DNA of 64,000 bases from Takakia lepidozioides (taxonomy: Eukaryota > Plantae > Bryophyta), in assembly GCA_030704615.1 (NCBI GenBank), contig CM060731.1, positions 80,662,001 through 80,726,000 of the forward strand, given 5' to 3'. Under the pieces are notes generated by a model that had not been told where the DNA came from, did not search any database, and saw only the letters and a program-made list of their open reading frames with translations. A program made the translations under genes and the position numbers. Below, piece by piece: positions 38,186 through 51,149 of the stretch; within the stretch, counting starts at the first letter, position 1, and each line of letters begins with the position of its first letter.

Positions 38186-41100
38186 GTTATTTCTCAATCT
38201 TTCCCTCTCTCTCGCTCAGTGAGGCAATGGTGCCCTCTTGCTCCGTTTCTCTTCCTCAGTGTGGCAAATGGCCTGGGCCATTTGCTTGAGGCCAAGCCTG
38301 ATATAGGTGGCCTCCATCTGCCAGGTATCTTCCACATAGAAATATGGTTAAAACTTCAATGTATACGGATGATACTTCATTGCTCCTGGACAATTCCAGT
38401 AAAGACAACATTCACAGGGCCCTGCAAGCCCTGCTGGTTTTCTGCTTGGGATCGGGGATGCACATAAATTGGCGTAAGTCACTGGGGATCCTCTCCCTCA
38501 TGCAAAAAATGCCCATGTTGGTCACTGCCAACCTTGGGGCTCAGAGTTAGGTCTCAAATGGCTTAATGATGGAGCGTCCCGTACCCTGTTGGGTCATCAA
38601 ATTGGACGTCACAACCTCTCGAAAGAACAAAGATTTGGCAGAGTCCTCAAAAATCTCAAAAGCAAGCTGGCTTTTTGGAGCTCCTCCATGCTCACAATAG
38701 CTGGGAGGGCCCTGGTCGTCAATCAAATCCTTCTCTCCTCCATATGGTTCTTCGCAGTGGTCTGGGCACCTGACTCCAAGCTGGTCAGTCAGATCGAAGG
38801 TTTAGTCAGGAATTTCTTGTGGGGGGCAACCCGGGCCTCCAGTTTTTTTTTTGTAAAGAAATCCAGGGACCCGCCGTGTGGCGTTTTTTTTTAAAAAAAA
38901 AAAAAAAAATCATAAAACGGCGCTTGGCCAGCCACGTGGCGAGGTGCCATGGGTCAGGAAAAACGAAACAAATGGGATGGGGGAGGTGGTTTTGAATCCT
39001 TGACCTCTCCCATGTGGGTGCGTGTGGCGAGGCGGCACTGGCCTGTCGCTCATTTTCAAGCATAATGCCATTTTGGGGGGGGGCTGGTGGGCACCTATAT
39101 AAACCATTCCCCCCTCTTTTTCTGATCAATTTTGCCCCTCTCATGGTACAGTTCCTTGGCATCTTATAGTCCTTTCGGACTTCGTTGCTTGGCATTGCCA
39201 ACGGGAGGTACAAAGGTGATTATTTTGGGGGGGGGGGGAAGATTCGTTGTGGCTAGCCTCGCTGAAATGGACTGTACAAGGTGGTAACTTTAATTCCAAT
39301 CTTGGTATGGGCTCTAAAGCCTGGCAGTCTATCTGGACATCGGGGTATAAAATGAGATCCATCTTATCTCAGTTCAGGCCTACTTCCTTTGACGTACTAG
39401 AGAACGGGCCGTGTTGGGCCGATTCTGCCCTGTAAGCGGCCTTTGGGTGAGCCCTATGGCCGCGCATAGGGCAGAGTCGGCCCAACACGGTCCATTCACT
39501 GGCGTTAAAAGCAAGGTGTGGCGTATTCTCGCCGCCACCTGACGCAATATGATTGGGGTTCAATTATCCCATATCGATTGCCCAGATTCAGAGCACCGGA
39601 GAGGATATAAACAGGCGAGTCTCAAAGGGAAGCCAGGCGGGCTGATGGCTGATGGCTGATGGCTGATGACATGGGCCTGGGTGGTTGCTCTGTTGTCCTC
39701 GGTGCATTATCGGCCATCCCTGCCGAATCGGCAGTGCGCCCCGGGTGGCCAATTCGGCGTGAGAATCAGTCGAAAAAATTGGAGAATACCCCACATCTCC
39801 TTTTAACGAGGTTATTAGGCAGCCTCTGTTGGTAATTATAACCGAGACTCGGAGGCTCTCATACAATGCACCCCAATGTTATCTCATCTTTTTCATTTAT
39901 GGGACATGGACTTTGGCTCTGTCATCTCCCCTACCTCAGCTACGGAGGGTTTCTCCTTGAGAAGAATCACCTTAGGATGGGACACGGTTATGGGCAACCT
40001 CCCCTTATGTTGGACTGACCTTCTATCTCAACCTCAACACATGAATTTCCCACAGTGGCTGGGTTTTTCATCAGGTTTGAGCTAAATCAATTTTTGCAAT
40101 CACAAGAGCCCACAACTCCATAAGGGGAATTTGCTTCCGTATGCAATATATGGATGGCAACTCGTTTAATCCTGAATCTCTATTGACCTCTATTGAATAT
40201 TGACAATACTGAATGCTATGGAATTAGAGTTTTTTGCTCCAGTTCTAGAAAATCTAACCCCACGCCGCCTGGAGGAGCTTCAACATTGCAATAATTCCTT
40301 CAGGTGGTTTTTTTTAGCGCCTGTTAGACTGTTGCAGATTGATCTTGGAGAGTGGTTTTGGATGAACAAAAAACACGACCAATTTTTTTACCTACTCAGT
40401 AAAGTTGAGTTACTCCTTGCTCATACCCAAGCAAATTTTTGAAAGGAAATGGACAAAGAAGTGGGCTCATGTTCCAGGTCATCCTCTCTGGGCAGATATC
40501 TGGAAAAAACATAGATATCTAAGATCTCAGCCTTTCTCTAGAAGATTGCAAACCGAATCGTCCCTGTTGGTGTCATTCTTTCTGATCCTCCTCCATTTGT
40601 GCTATTTGTAATCTGAATTGCACGGAAGACATAGACAATGTTCTGTCCCTTTGTAGCTTCACTTTTGGACTCATACTTTCTCTCTCTATTCTCATTGGAA
40701 CCAAAGTCTTTCATATTCTGCTACTGCTCTGCTTCTGAATATTAAGGATGACATCCAATTCTACTATTACCCTGTGTGGGTCTCTAAGGGGTATTATCTT
40801 GTGGCAAATCTGGAAAAAACAATGCTCGGTGGTCTTCTAAAATGCCTTCCCCTGTCTGCAGAAGGTACTGTACTTAGCTCACTCAGACCTTGTGTCTGAA
40901 GCTCGTAAATCTTGGTGTGTTCTTGTGACAGCTCTTCCCAAATGTGGCAATAGAAGGAGAGCCCAGCTCCTCGCTGCCTTCGACAGCTCTCGGGGAAAAG
41001 ATGGTGTGTTCTGCAGGAGAATTTCTGACTCTAGAGTTGTGTGGGAAAAATGTCTCCCTCCCTGCTCGCAGCTCCGTTAGTGCCAGACGTTCTCCTCTGG

Positions 41101-41550
41101 ACAATGACGACGCCAAGGTGAATTGGAGGCATAGGCGTAGTCTTAGAAAAAAGAAATCAAAAGCCCAACAATCGTTTGATGCTCCTAAAAGGAAAAGAGG
41201 CAGCATGTAGTGCTAGTATAGCTTCACTACTGGCATTCTTCTTTTTTAGGAGCGATTCATCCTTCCCGAACGCAACATACAACTGTTTGTTGCTTCATAG
41301 CTTATGCCACAAAATTACCAAATTTTCCTCTTGTTACTTCTGTCCTGTTTCCTCCCTTTGTTCCATTCCTTTTCTTTCTTCTTATCCGTTTCACTGATTC
41401 TTCTCTCCTTCCTCATTTTCGTGAACTGTTGGCTCCGAGTGGAACCTCAATCCTCAGCCTTCATGACATTGTAAGGTTATTTTTTCCTACCTTTCAATAA
41501 AATGCCCAAAGGCCATTGTCCCATGTTTTGGACCAAAAAAATAAATAAAT
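38186..41550 (+). mobile_element. 5'-truncated degenerate L1-like LINE with internal insertions (~38830-39140, ~39395-39805)
   Basis: RT VRQWCPLAPFLF, YTDD, LTIAGRALVVNQIL...RNFLWGA, homologous to 59430-60380; ends caataaa...ggccattgtccc...aaaaaaataaataaat. Confidence 0.88.
39403..39496. repeat. 94-nt inverted repeat (39-bp arms)
   Basis: aacgggccgtgttgggccgattctgccctgtaagcggcc ... ggccgcgcatagggcagagtcggcccaacacggtccatt. Confidence 0.9.
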
Positions 41551-42407
41551 CAACCTGTAGTCAATGAAGAAATAATTAGCCCTAAATGGTGGAAGCTGAC
41601 GTCCAGGTTTGGATTGTCATCTGATCGCATCTCTGGTTGTTGTGAATTTCACACTCAAGCTAATCGCTGTTGCTGTCACCGAGACATTTCAAATGCTTGC
41701 ATTTATGTTGTATACAGTAGATTTACGGGGGGGTGGTTATAGCTGGGATACTTCCTAGCTAGCTGCACATTTGTACGTACTGCCGTAACTTCACCCTGTT
41801 GTATCATGGCCCAGGTCTACTTAGAAATTGGTTCAAATAACTACGCTGTAGTGCTACATAATTTCACATGTGAGGCTCCGATCAAAGCCTGATGGTGAGT
41901 TCTCACCAATACCATCCCCATAGATGCTTCCTGGGTGTGTAACTGCAGGAAAGCCAGTCAGACACCTCTCTCTTTTCTCTCCATGGGCCCTTGGATAGTC
42001 CAGTGAATGAGATAAATTTCTCTCTATCTTCTATCTTCTCTGCTTCCCGTGAATTACTGAATTTCTTTTCTTTTCTCTCTCTCTCTGTCATATGTAAAAG
42101 CCTAAATGAACAGATATCTAAACTGTTAGGGAAATTTGAAGGACTTTTCTGTGGGCATTAGCATGATAGAAAGAGAGATACAGTGCAAGAGGGGACAACG
42201 AGACACTATCCGACGGACAAAGACTAGCAAAATGAGGCCAAATATCTTTTGTAGTTAAGGCTCTAAAATCAGTTGCGCAGGTGAGATATGGTTTGTACAG
42301 CTAGCTTTGCACTCTTCAGATTGTTGATTCCACGAAGCTGCCTCTGTTCTGAGGAGTATATATATGCAAGGCCTTTGGCACCTGTAACCAACGGAACGGT
42401 TGCTGAT

Positions 42408-44487
42408 ATGATTGCAGGGACCTGTTGGAGGAGGGTATAACGAGTTTGGACTGCAGCCAGGTATGTAGAGGCCACCAGTAGAAGTTCAATGACGTGTTCT
42501 ATGGTGTGGGTGATTATGGGCAGAAGTTCTTTGGCACCAACTGGTAGACAATATGTTCAAAGCAATGTATGCTTTCCTTGCCCTTTTCTTCCAATTTATT
42601 TCTAGTAAAGTCAGTTGCGCAGGTGCGATATGGTTTGTACAGCTATATAGCAGTCTTCAGAATGTTGATTCCACGACGCTGAATTTGCAGTTTTCCATTA
42701 GAGATTAAATTTGTTCACATAATTGCATACCTTACAACATTAGACATCCAGTAATATGGATGCATGAGAGGAGGGCATACCAACGGAGTGATAAGGTATC
42801 CTGAATCAAAACAACCAATTTTTGACTCAATTGTTTGTTGGGGTATCCATTTTGTCTTGCATTAGGTGTCTGATGAGCATTCCAGTTTTCAATGTTTTTA
42901 TAGTCTAAAATATTTTCTGAGGTTTCTAATGTCATCCGAGGAATTTACTTATGGAACACGAGTAACAGGTGAGCAAGTACTTCGCAGCTCATGAGTTAAG
43001 TACCACTTCCAAGTGAATGACCAATATGTGAGGAACAAGCTGAAAGTGGTGCTCTTCCCATTCCTTCATAAGGTCCACCCTCCCTGCTCTGAACCTCCTC
43101 ATCTCTGCATTGCGCGAGAAAGTCAATTGATATCAATAAATCTGTCCATGATATGTTGCATGGACGTCAAATTAAAAATATATATAGATGCCTCCCCAAG
43201 GGAGCGTAAAATATGGTGTCTCTTCACCACAAGGGCTACTGCCTTCCAGCGGATGTCAAATATGGTTTGGACACTGACATTGTCGATGACTTATCCCTTG
43301 ATAAGATGAAGAGCTTTGATTTACTATAGTTTTCTATACGTTGCTCCATCCAGAAGGCAAGTTGCATGAAACTTATCAACTGAACTGGCAATCCAAGAGC
43401 TTATTTCCATCTCTTTGACTACTTCTCCCTTTACTGCATGACCTCTCCATCTGGTTGCTGAGTCCTCATGAATAACTATGTTGCTTCTAGGCTCACAACA
43501 ACTTGCAACCCGGGTGGTAAAACGTAGCAGGCCAAGCGTTTAATCAATATGGTCCAAGTAAGAATGCGATGCTGTTGTCTTATGTGTGCTAGTGGTTACT
43601 GGCATAAATGTTACATTGGTGATCAAGTACAATTAAACAAGCAGCCAGCTTCGCCCAGATTTTATCTGCATATGAAGCTGTGGGTGATTGAAGTGATAGT
43701 TGGGTGGGAGAGTTCCTTCAGGGCCATTGGACGCGGATAGCAGAGCAGTGGCGGGGCGCCTGAGATACAAGCCACCGCGCCATGATCTCAATGCGCCCAA
43801 CCTCTACGTCCCTCTCATGGCTTTTGCTACCTATGATTTCCTCTGTGGTCTTGCCCAGGGTGTCACTGGCAAGTAAGTTGTTTTCTTACCTTTTCTTCTT
43901 GTGGAAGGATTATGTTTCTAGTAGGGAATCATAGCCAACTCATCACTGGAGCCCTCGTGAAACGATGTTCAGTGGCCCTTCCAACAGCCAAAGCGTAAAG
44001 TTAGCAATTTTGTTGTTAAAAAAGGGAAACAATTAGCGGTGTAGGCATCGTGCATCGTGCAAGCTCAATGAAAGGTAATGTGGTGATATGGAATGGTACT
44101 GCGACAGATTCACTCCCGATGTGATGAGCGGCCGGTTCACAAAGGCGTTGATAGGGTGGACAGCAGAGACTGTGCTGCTAAAATCCTTGCTGTTTGATTT
44201 GCACCGACCTTGAATGTGGTAGCCTATGGGGATTATGCATTTATCGGGGTGTGGAGCAATAGTGGCCCGCATGCTATCAGATTATGCCTACTACATTTGT
44301 TTGGCCATGCACAGCCGTGTATATGGGCACGTTTCTAGTGAAGACCATGAAGAGATTATTATTGTTTGCCGAGGCAAGGAGTTATGATAGAGATTCCACT
44401 AGGCATCACCAGGCATCACTATGTTCTCCTTCTCATGGCAATCATTCAGTTTCCTAGATGTTCTACTGGCTGGTACGCGTTAAGTAG
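42408..44487 (+). pseudogene. YIF1: YIF1 (Yip1-interacting factor/HRF1 family) unprocessed pseudogene
   Basis: Exons ~42408-42566 (YGQKFFG..QYVQSN), 42969-43072 (FQVNDQYVRNKLKVVLFPFLHK), 43722-43872 ([29 protein letters not shown]), 44108-44487 (FTPD..FLVKTMKR..FAEARSYD..QFP). GT-AG introns kept; frameshifts in every exon. Confidence 0.9.
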
Positions 44488-45222
44488 GAGAATAGCCATT
44501 TGTATAGTAGGATGATCAGCCATGTCAGCTCTCTTTGCTCCACCCGTTAATCCTTGAGGAGAATCTTCAATAGGGGGTCACCCAAGTTCGGATGGTCATT
44601 TGCCACAGTGCCTAGTACATAAGCAGGAACCCACAACCCCAGCTGATCCTTGTAGGGCAATCACCTCCCCGGTCAGCCCCTAGAAGGAAAAAAAAGAAAA
44701 AAGAAAAGGGGGAAGCTTTGTGAGGGATGGTCTCAATAGGCCGTGCACATGACACTTTGCTCATTCCCGTTCACTGCGAGTTCGCCAGCGGCGGCCCCCA
44801 TCTCAAGGTAGCAAAACGAAGGGGAGTACTTGGCACATGCAGCGAACGGTTGTTGGCCCCGCCGTGCTGATCTTTTTGGTGTTGGTTTTTTACCGAGGCT
44901 CGGTGCTTGCCATTATATACTTAGGTGCTCGTCTATCAAAACCAACCATAGAAATGGACCGAGCTCTCATGGGAAGGGTTTTGCTCATTGGATGCTTCTT
45001 TCTATTAAGTCTAGGGTGAGGCACTTGCTTGCAGACAAGGAACCTTCAGTAGGGTTTAGTTTCCTTCAAAAAATTTGTGTCATAAATTTTGTGTCATTTC
45101 AAAGAGGAAGAGACATCCACCTCGCTTGTGGTAGAAAGAACCTAGACAATACACGCATTGAGATCACATAGAAAGAAATGTGTGGCATCCTACACATGAT
45201 ATGAGAGACAAGAAATGTTTAA

Positions 45223-46359
45223 CCCTTCAAGGACGACGAGCCTGTATTTGGTGGGCCCCTTCTAAAACCAGACATACCCTCACGGATGAGGGTGTATCTC
45301 CCATTGGACAAACATCCGAGGGGATGAACCGTTCCAAAGTCATCCTACCTACTTCATGCACCTGAAGTAAAAATTTCAGGAGAATTGACTGTCAAAAGTG
45401 GAAAAATTCTAGGCTTTTTTTTTTTGTTGGATATATTTTCAACATGAAAATTTGGTTTGACCAAGCAGATTGCCAACCTTTTTTATTTTTCATTGATACA
45501 GCCTACCCAGATTCAGATTATATGGCACCCACAGCAAAGCCTCCCAAAATTCCAGAGCCAAATTCCAAAAATGCATAATGGTTGCTTTGTATGGGAAAAC
45601 AGGGGGGTCAAAATGCCAATTTCTCTCATAGGAAAAACACATCCCCCCAAATGTGGGGCAATTTGTGAGGGAATCCAAATTCCTCTGGTCATGTTGTTGT
45701 TTGCCTACCTACCGAGTACCCTGGAAAAAAAATTCCACATTCTAAGCTGTTTGTAGGCAAAGATTGCCAAAAAACCGAATCCCTACTTGAATCCCAGCTC
45801 CGGCCAAGAATTGCCGGAGCCGGTGGACATTCCCGGCCCAAAACTCCGGCCACGTCATCACAAACCAAGGAAGTCACGGGGCCCTCCACCCTGCGTTTCA
45901 GCGCTCTCCCTCCATGACCTGCTAACGGCCACCTGATTGGGCCACGCACCTAAACCCTACGCGGGTGAGAATCTCCCGCCCCGCCACCTGCCATCTAATT
46001 GGGCCACGTGCCTGGCGTTTCGCGCGTGCCGGGGGTCCGCCGCTGTCCGCACGGGCGGACATGCAGCCCCCCCCTGTCACCCGCTGCCGGCAAACGCCCC
46101 CCCCAATCCTGCCTGCCACGTCTGCCAGTCAACCTGCTGACGGGCCCAAAACCACAGGATTTTGGGTACCCCTCCAGATTCCGAAAAATCCTGACGGCGG
46201 GGGATTAGATTTTTTAGGGTGCGATCAACACAGGGGCCGTAAATATTTATGGGCTACACTTTTCGTTCAGGAATCGTTTTCATCCGACATGATTTGCGTA
46301 TTTATCATCCAATCGAAATTTCGACCCGACCCAATACGGGTCGCCTCGTCCTTGAAGGG
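45223..46359. mobile_element. piggyBac-like non-autonomous element inserted at the 5' end of the Harbinger transposase
   Basis: TTAA (45219-45222), perfect 14-bp TIR cccttcaaggacga...tcgtccttgaaggg, TTAA (46360-46363); no transposase. Confidence 0.85.
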
Positions 46360-46363
46360 TTAA

Positions 46364-47396
46364 TGTTCTACATCATGATGAGTTCTGAAGCTTTCAACAA
46401 CTTAGTTTTAGACACATTCCTTGCAATCTCGATATCTTAATCCTATGAGGCCACAATTAGAGATCAGAAAAATTATGGCCATTGTTCTATACATGCTTGC
46501 TTATGGATACGGTGCTACACATATGGCTGATCGTTTCAATGTGGGTGCATCAACCATACAAAAGTATATTGATATTGTTTGTGACATTCTAACTGATATA
46601 AATAAATTGTTCAGCAAGTACATTAGTATCCCTTCAAATGACCGTTTGAAAGAGATTATAAACCATTTCCAGAGCTCATAGGGCTATCTAATGTTTGTAG
46701 AGCAATTGATGGCAGTCACATTCATTTAGCTGAGCTTCCCAATAAAAGAATCACACTTGCAGTTAGTGATTTTACAACAGAAAAAAATTCCACAGTCTTG
46801 TGCTGCAAGCTGTTTGTAATGCAGACAAGAGATTTTGGAATGTATGTGCGGGCCAACCATGAGAGGTTCATGATAATGGACGTTCAAGATGTCAAGTCTT
46901 TATAGCCAATTGAAGACTCGTGAGATTCTTCAAGAGCCAGTGGTTACAGTTGGACGCATGAAATGCACTCCGTACTTGATTGGAGATGCAGCTTATCCTA
47001 TCCGTAACTACTTGCAGAAGAATTGGAAAACCCACAATCCGACTGACATAGAGAAGATGAGATTTGATTCTAGCACGCAGGGTGACAATAGAAAATATTT
47101 TTGGATCTCTAAAGAACAGATGGCGTTTTCGGAAACATTTTAATTCTAAAGTTGATAGAGTTGTCAGAATCGCGGTTGATTGTTGTATCTTGCATAGTTA
47201 TTACAAGTTGTGGGGTGCTTCTGAGCCAATTCTTGCCAATGCTCCAGCTAGAAGAGATCATTTGGCGGGTTCTGGAACGACACTGAGAAATGGAGAGATT
47301 GCAAAAGCAAAAAGAGAAAGATTAAAGACTAAGTTATTTGAGCAGTGGTTGATAGATAATCCAGCTGGCCTAAACGCCCATTCTGTACTCCATTAG
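46364..47396 (+). pseudogene. Harbinger DDE transposase (DDE_Tnp_4/HARBI1-like), frameshifted
   Basis: AIVLYMLAYG...ADRFNVGASTI; AIDGSHI; SLVLQAVC; YLIGDAAYP; RVTIENIFGSLKNRWR; CCILH. Confidence 0.9.
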
Positions 47397-47429
47397 ATAT
47401 TGAAATCAAACGGGTTTTTTATTGCAGCT

Positions 47430-48260
47430 CAACCTCTGCATTTGGATGTTTTCCAACACATAACTTAAAGCACCCAAAACCATACCAAGCTCCACATTAT
47501 TCTTTAGGCTGCAGAACCTCTGCAAAGAGGGCAGTCATCTGCAATTGTCCTTGTACTATCATCTCTGCTTGTTCACTCCGAAGCATCTAAGTTGTGAGTC
47601 TCTCAGTCATTTCCATCTTTAGCTTCTTTATTTCTTTTACACCATTGCCGAAGTCTTTGATGGCATCTGCAATTGCAGAGGACCCTACAAACAAACGCCT
47701 CTTCTTCTTCTCTGCTTTTCCATTGGGCTTTCACTACACACCAGGGAGCTTGCAAGCTTTGGTCCTTGGTGAATTAGCCGAAGCAGACTGCTTAGGTGCA
47801 ACACCTTCGACACCTTCACCCAAACAGGAGTTATACGTTCACGAGGAGTCATCGGCACATTTTCCTGCTGAGTGTGTGGAATAGTATCCTCATTATCATT
47901 CACTTCTACAACCTCACTATGAGTAGAATGAACTCCCTGATCGACAGCATGAGATACACCATTAATTTTTGAGGTTCCTCCCAAAATGTTGTCAAATCTT
48001 TCAAACCAAGACCGATCTGAAGGAGTGGCACCTGTCACCTTAGTCTTCTCTTTCTCTTCTATGTGCTTGTCCTTCATCTTGTTGATTTTGTCTCTGCATT
48101 GCTTCCAGATCCGTTGCACATGATTTGCAAAGTTTATGTTCAACAGCTTTGCAAACTCTTTTCAATTTATCTCTTTCATGTGTCCTCGATTGTATTCCCA
48201 GTGTTTCTCCTCCCACAAATCCAACAAACATTCAATGTAAGGATTTGTTCACAGTCTCTT
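47430..48260 (-). pseudogene. Harbinger Myb/SANT-like DNA-binding protein, degenerate
   Basis: WKQCRDKINKMKDKHIEEK...TGATPSDRSWFERFDNILG (Myb/trihelix-like) in ORF 47685-48143. Confidence 0.8.
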
Positions 48261-50633
48261 ACCATTTCCCCTGAGTTGCCAAAATTATCTGCACATGATT
48301 TTTCGGAGCTTGGACTTAATGGTATGGAGGAGCTTGAAGAGCTTGCACATTATTTCGTACACCTTGATGAGAAGAAGAAGAAGACCCTTCAACTCCATCT
48401 AAAAGATAACCCAAGAAAAAGCTAGGAAGAGAATCTTCCATGGTGCTCTACTGTAGACAAAGCATACACTTTAAAATAAAAACCCTAACAAGAGTAGTAC
48501 GGGGAGTCGGGCTGCAGGTCATGCGCAAGTCGCCGCAATACGTGCGAGACTATCCATCCCCATTTTTTCTAGATAAACTTGAATTTCTATCACACAAGAT
48601 GAAAAAACAAATCACTTTACCTACGGCATCCCGTTGACACGCCCTGCCACGGCAAATTCGCCACTTTGCGGGCTCATGTGTGCTCCCCTAATGATAATGG
48701 CTGTTGTTGGAGTACGCCTCTTCATCCGTTGCTATTTTTTTGGGCCCATAGTGTTCGTTCGCGTGCCCTACTGATTTATTAGAGGCCTAAGAGATATTCT
48801 ACCTCGTACTCAAGAAAAGCTGAAATGTCGCACATTTTGAGAAAAAATAGTTATGACATCATGCCAATATGTCACTGAGTGTCAAATATTGGCCAATTTA
48901 GGAGCTTTGAGAAACTTTGTCATTGAATTCCTTCCCACAGATAAACGTTTGGGGCTCATATTTCATATTCTGTTGTTACCATTATTGTGTGGCTATGAGA
49001 GCTTGATATTCATACTACAGACACGGATCGCTGGAGATTTGGTTGTGCATCTTGGGTAGGGTATCGCAAACACTAATGTACATAATGGGGTGACGGCTCC
49101 GTAGGATATCTCTTTTGTTGAGGGGATTTTTTGGCAGCTGCAATTACAGCTTGAGCGGGAGCGGTTACAGCTGCGATTTTGGTGCTTAGGACCCTGCTTC
49201 GCTCTTCCGTTTGTTCCTTGCTTGACATTTCAATATTGGAATAGGCCATTTAGGCTATTCAAATGACCATTTCAATATTGGAATGTGCCATTTGAATGGT
49301 TCCAACAAAAGTAATATTGATACCCGTATTGATATTCAACTGATATTAAACAAAAATAACCCATACTATTGATACCATATAGGGTAGATGCATACTACAC
49401 TGGCTCAGTATGGACTGCAATTTGCAGTTTTCGACCGACTGCTTGTCATATTATTCTTCACCCTATACACATAAGTATACATTCATACTTGGAATGGGTT
49501 AGCCACGTACCATATGTACATGTGAGTACAATTATTTTGGAATTTGGATGAAATCTCATGAAGCTATGGACTTTTGTAGGGAATTCCAATGGACTGTCAG
49601 AGTCCATCTAATGTCCAAATGTCATATGAAAACCTATTTGTGCAAAACCAATTCATATATGGACTTTCAACTAGATACACAATGTTTGAATAGACACAAA
49701 TATAAATTTGTGAACAATTCCATCCATCAAGACACTATGGACGGTTTTGTACCCAAAAAACCCCCAAAATAACGCTTTGTCCATAGCATTTTGAAAAACT
49801 TATATTTGGGTGAAGATCTTTGCTAAGAATATATATATTGTTATTGTCTCTAGGAGCTTATTGTATATGGACAAATTTCATAAACTACAAGATAATAATA
49901 AATAACTATTATTTCTAAATAAGAAAAAACTATTAAAAAACTATTAAAAACTATTATAATATAAACAAATCTCAAATATTTGGGATGAGACCATTTACTA
50001 AATGTGATTATATCATCACCTATGAAGATAAAAATATATTTGAACGAATATCTTTAAATAAAAATTTAATTAATTTTTTCTCACGGACTTCAGTGGAGGG
50101 CACATCTGTCGCTTTTGAGCCAATGTAGTCTACACTTACCCTATATTGTGCATATCTAAGGGAAATACTTATACCAGTATATTATTTGCAAATTTGTCAT
50201 TCCGCAACAGATGATACCAGAGTTAAAAAAACAAAGTACCCCTCCAGAACCTATCATGCTTGGTATATTAAAATGTTGATACCCGCACAGCACTGGTTCA
50301 AAGTACACCTATAATAGCTTTTAGTTGAAAACATTTCATCCAATCTAGATGAATTTTCAATACCCATTTCATCTTGGGGTCCTCTTCTCTACAATGTTTC
50401 ATGATTTTCATTTTTACAAACTTGTTTTTGGAGGGGGAGCATGAAAAATCCGCAGTGTTGAATGTTTGAACACATCCATTTACTACTCCGTGAGAGTTGT
50501 GCCTAAATTTGAGGCCATTTATATTAAGACCGGGCCTCCGCTGTAGAGGACACGCGTTTGGCTTAAACATGGCCCCTAAGACCCATTTTATATCTTAAAA
50601 GTTATTAATCTGTCTATAACTAGACCTAGATAC

Positions 50634-51108
50634 CAGTGTTGGTCTGGTATCAGGTTTTTAACATACCAGACTGGTCTTGGTACCAGCCCAATCACAAGAC
50701 TTTCCTACCAGTCTGGTCTATATAATGGTGGATGTATTTTTTTCCAGATACTGGTATGAGTATGAGTATCATGACCACCATACCAGCTAGTATGGGATAT
50801 CAATTCTGGTATCATTCAAAAGCCATTTGACTTACAAATTTATCAAAAGTGAAAACAAATACGATAAACATAAAGTATATATATATATATATATATATGT
50901 CCACATAAACTAGTATAATACACGTACCAGAGTAAATGAGGAAAGGGGGGGGGGTGGTACTTGTATTGTGGCTGGTATGAGAATACAGATTCCAGCCTGG
51001 TTTGGTATATGACCTGGTATTGTCGAACTTAAGACCAGGCTGGTTGTGATACCAGAGTTGATACCAGCGTTGATACTCAGGTCTGATACCCATACCATAC
51101 CAACACTG
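50634..51108. mobile_element. hAT-type MITE, copy A
   Basis: TIRs cagtgttggt...accaacactg; reverse complement of copy B. Confidence 0.88.
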
Positions 51109-51149
51109 TTGTATACTCTCATTACCTTTCAACTATGTTGTAATTTTAC

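Larger units (their letters stand above)
44739..48688. mobile_element. Degenerate PIF/Harbinger transposon (left boundary tentative)
   Basis: Convergent DDE transposase and Myb/SANT genes; right end tcatgtgtgctcccc followed by TAA; weak left match ggccgtgcacatga. Confidence 0.7.

Noticed and set aside
49230-50300. Another hAT-like element ending cagcactg at ~50296
   Set aside because: No matching left TIR or TSD identified
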